From positions 8,827-72,826 of the forward strand of contig JBJEHD010000077.1 of NCBI GenBank assembly GCA_051875715.1: DNA of 64,000 bases, given 5' to 3'. The notes beneath the pieces are model-generated. The model ran no database searches, was not told the DNA's origin, and saw only the letters and a program-made list of their open reading frames with translations. Shown here in pieces: positions 63,014 through 64,000 of the stretch; position 1 is the first letter of the stretch; each line of letters starts with the position of its first letter. A program made the translations under genes and the position numbers. The stretch comes from Bacteroidaceae bacterium (GTDB taxonomy: Bacteria; Bacteroidota; Bacteroidia; Bacteroidales; Bacteroidaceae).

Positions 63014-63844
63014 CTATTTGGTTTTATATAATTCCCACGTCACACAATGCAATGCCCCTCCATGCTTAACCAATGGAACTGCATATACTTGGATTATTTC
63101 CTTGTCGCGGAAAATGTCAGAAAATACTTTTATCGCTGACCTGTCATTGTCACAATCAAGGTCTTTTGACAAACCTGGGATGATGACTGTCTTCGGTGTT
63201 TCCACATAGTTGAGATAACACCAAGCGTCTTTCCTTAGTCTGCCACTATACGACACTTCTATAACATCAAAATGGCTGTCAAGTATCTTATGGAGTCTTA
63301 GGTGAAATGGTTTTGCCTCTTTCCCCATCTGACCATAATTATTCATAAGTAGTGTTCCATCGCCAATATAGGCTACCATCCCGTCAGCATGACCATATGG
63401 TTCTTCCATATCCCAAGGAATCAGTATCAGTTCTGTATTCAGCGTATTTTCTATTGTCTCTATCAGCTTCAGCGGACGGATAGTCGGATTTTCTGATATG
63501 ACCTTGTCTGTCATAATGGTTTTGTCTCCACATCTCACCACGTTACCTCCATCCAGATTGATGTTAAGATTGGCGACCAAATTGATATTCATATTTCGTA
63601 TGACATGTTCTTGGCAAGTGATGTATTTACCCTTATTCACGCTAAGGTAGTCTGGAAAGAAATTAAACGCCACGTACTTGCCATCACCCAAATGCAATGG
63701 CATATAGTCTCTTGCCCATACCTCCTTAGTATAATCCAAGAATTGCCATTTGATTCCGCTTTTTTCAAAAGCTGCACATAACGACTCGTAAACCTCGGGA
63801 TAGTTGCGTAACCATTCGGAAATGTATATTTGCATATTGTCCAT
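63014..63844 (-). CDS. Agmatine deiminase / PAD-like guanidino-group-modifying enzyme family protein (short form)
   Basis: 276 aa from the ATG at 63844. Motifs WARDYMP, LDGGNV, GHADGM and the C-terminal catalytic-Cys context GGALHCVTWE. The gene is AT-rich. Confidence 0.7.
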   Translation of the reverse strand: MDNMQIYISEWLRNYPEVYESLCAAFEKSGIKWQFLDYTKEVWARDYMPLHLGDGKYVAFNFFPDYLSVNKGKYITCQEHVIRNMNINLVANLNINLDGGNVVRCGDKTIMTDKVISENPTIRPLKLIETIENTLNTELILIPWDMEEPYGHADGMVAYIGDGTLLMNNYGQMGKEAKPFHLRLHKILDSHFDVIEVSYSGRLRKDAWCYLNYVETPKTVIIPGLSKDLDCDNDRSAIKVFSDIFRDKEIIQVYAVPLVKHGGALHCVTWELYKTK

Positions 63845-63846
63845 AA

Positions 63847-64000
63847 TCAATCATTTTTGATATAATAGTTCCACATACGCTTGCACCTTTTCAGTTTCTT
63901 TCCAGAATACGAGAAGTAATCTACTTTTTCATCCTTTGACAGCTTATTGTATTCATCTTCTGATATAGCGACTTTCTTGAACTTGCCTTCATTGTCTCTT
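63847..64000 (-). CDS. 3' end of an unknown ORF; the 5' part lies outside the window
   Basis: The frame is open from the window edge to TGA at 63847-49: RDNEGKFKKVAISEDEYNKLSKDEKVDYFSYSGKKLKRCKRMWNYYIKND. The stop lies 2 nt before the next ATG. Confidence 0.35.
   Translation of the reverse strand, partial: RDNEGKFKKVAISEDEYNKLSKDEKVDYFSYSGKKLKRCKRMWNYYIKND

Overview
The window looks like chromosomal DNA from a GC-rich member of the Bacteroidales. The supporting signs are TAnnTTTG -7 promoter boxes, lipoproteins with acidic residues just after the lipobox Cys, T9SS C-terminal sorting domains, fimbrillin-like (type V pilin-like) lipoproteins and a fucRIAKP-type operon. An Alistipes-like origin is only a guess.

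Gene content in order:
- 1-6.3 kb: BatA-E aerotolerance-type operon plus a coupled PAP2 phosphatase.
- 7.2-16.1 kb: seven-gene cluster of six surface-type lipoproteins (DUF4493-like and PCMD domains) and one small OM beta-barrel.
- 16.2-19.7 kb: a cysteine-desulfidase-family gene, a T9SS cargo protein and a coupled 70-aa ORF.
- 19.7-20.3 kb: a 580-bp non-coding region containing phased palindrome arrays.
- 20.3-24.5 kb: slyD-like FKBP, a fused NfnAB-like oxidoreductase and serS.
- 24.8-29.4 kb: hexuronate module (eda, kdgK, LacI regulator, uxaA) with a perfect 18-bp operator palindrome.
- 29.5-32.1 kb: a T9SS-sorted C10 cysteine peptidase and a lipoprotein.
- 32.5-38.7 kb: L-fucose operon fucR-I-A-K-P.
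- 39.2-48.8 kb: six-gene locus with two different secreted nucleases, a SusD-less TonB-dependent transporter and modular surface lipoproteins.
- 49-61.7 kb: ssb, gldE, gldD, a PPTase, tnaA, folB, malQ, nrdJ, a nitroreductase and queA.
- 61.8-64 kb: an AT-rich, decayed island.

The leads I rate highest are the candidate extracellular nucleic-acid capture and uptake locus (39159-48791), the DUF4493/PCMD lipoprotein cluster (7157-16132), and a family of 11/22-bp helically phased arrays of short perfect palindromes at three intergenic sites (19821-20315, 32403-32446, 38986-39073).

No rRNA, tRNA, CRISPR array or intact mobile element was recognised. All family assignments come from reading the translated ORFs and recalling motifs, not from database searches.
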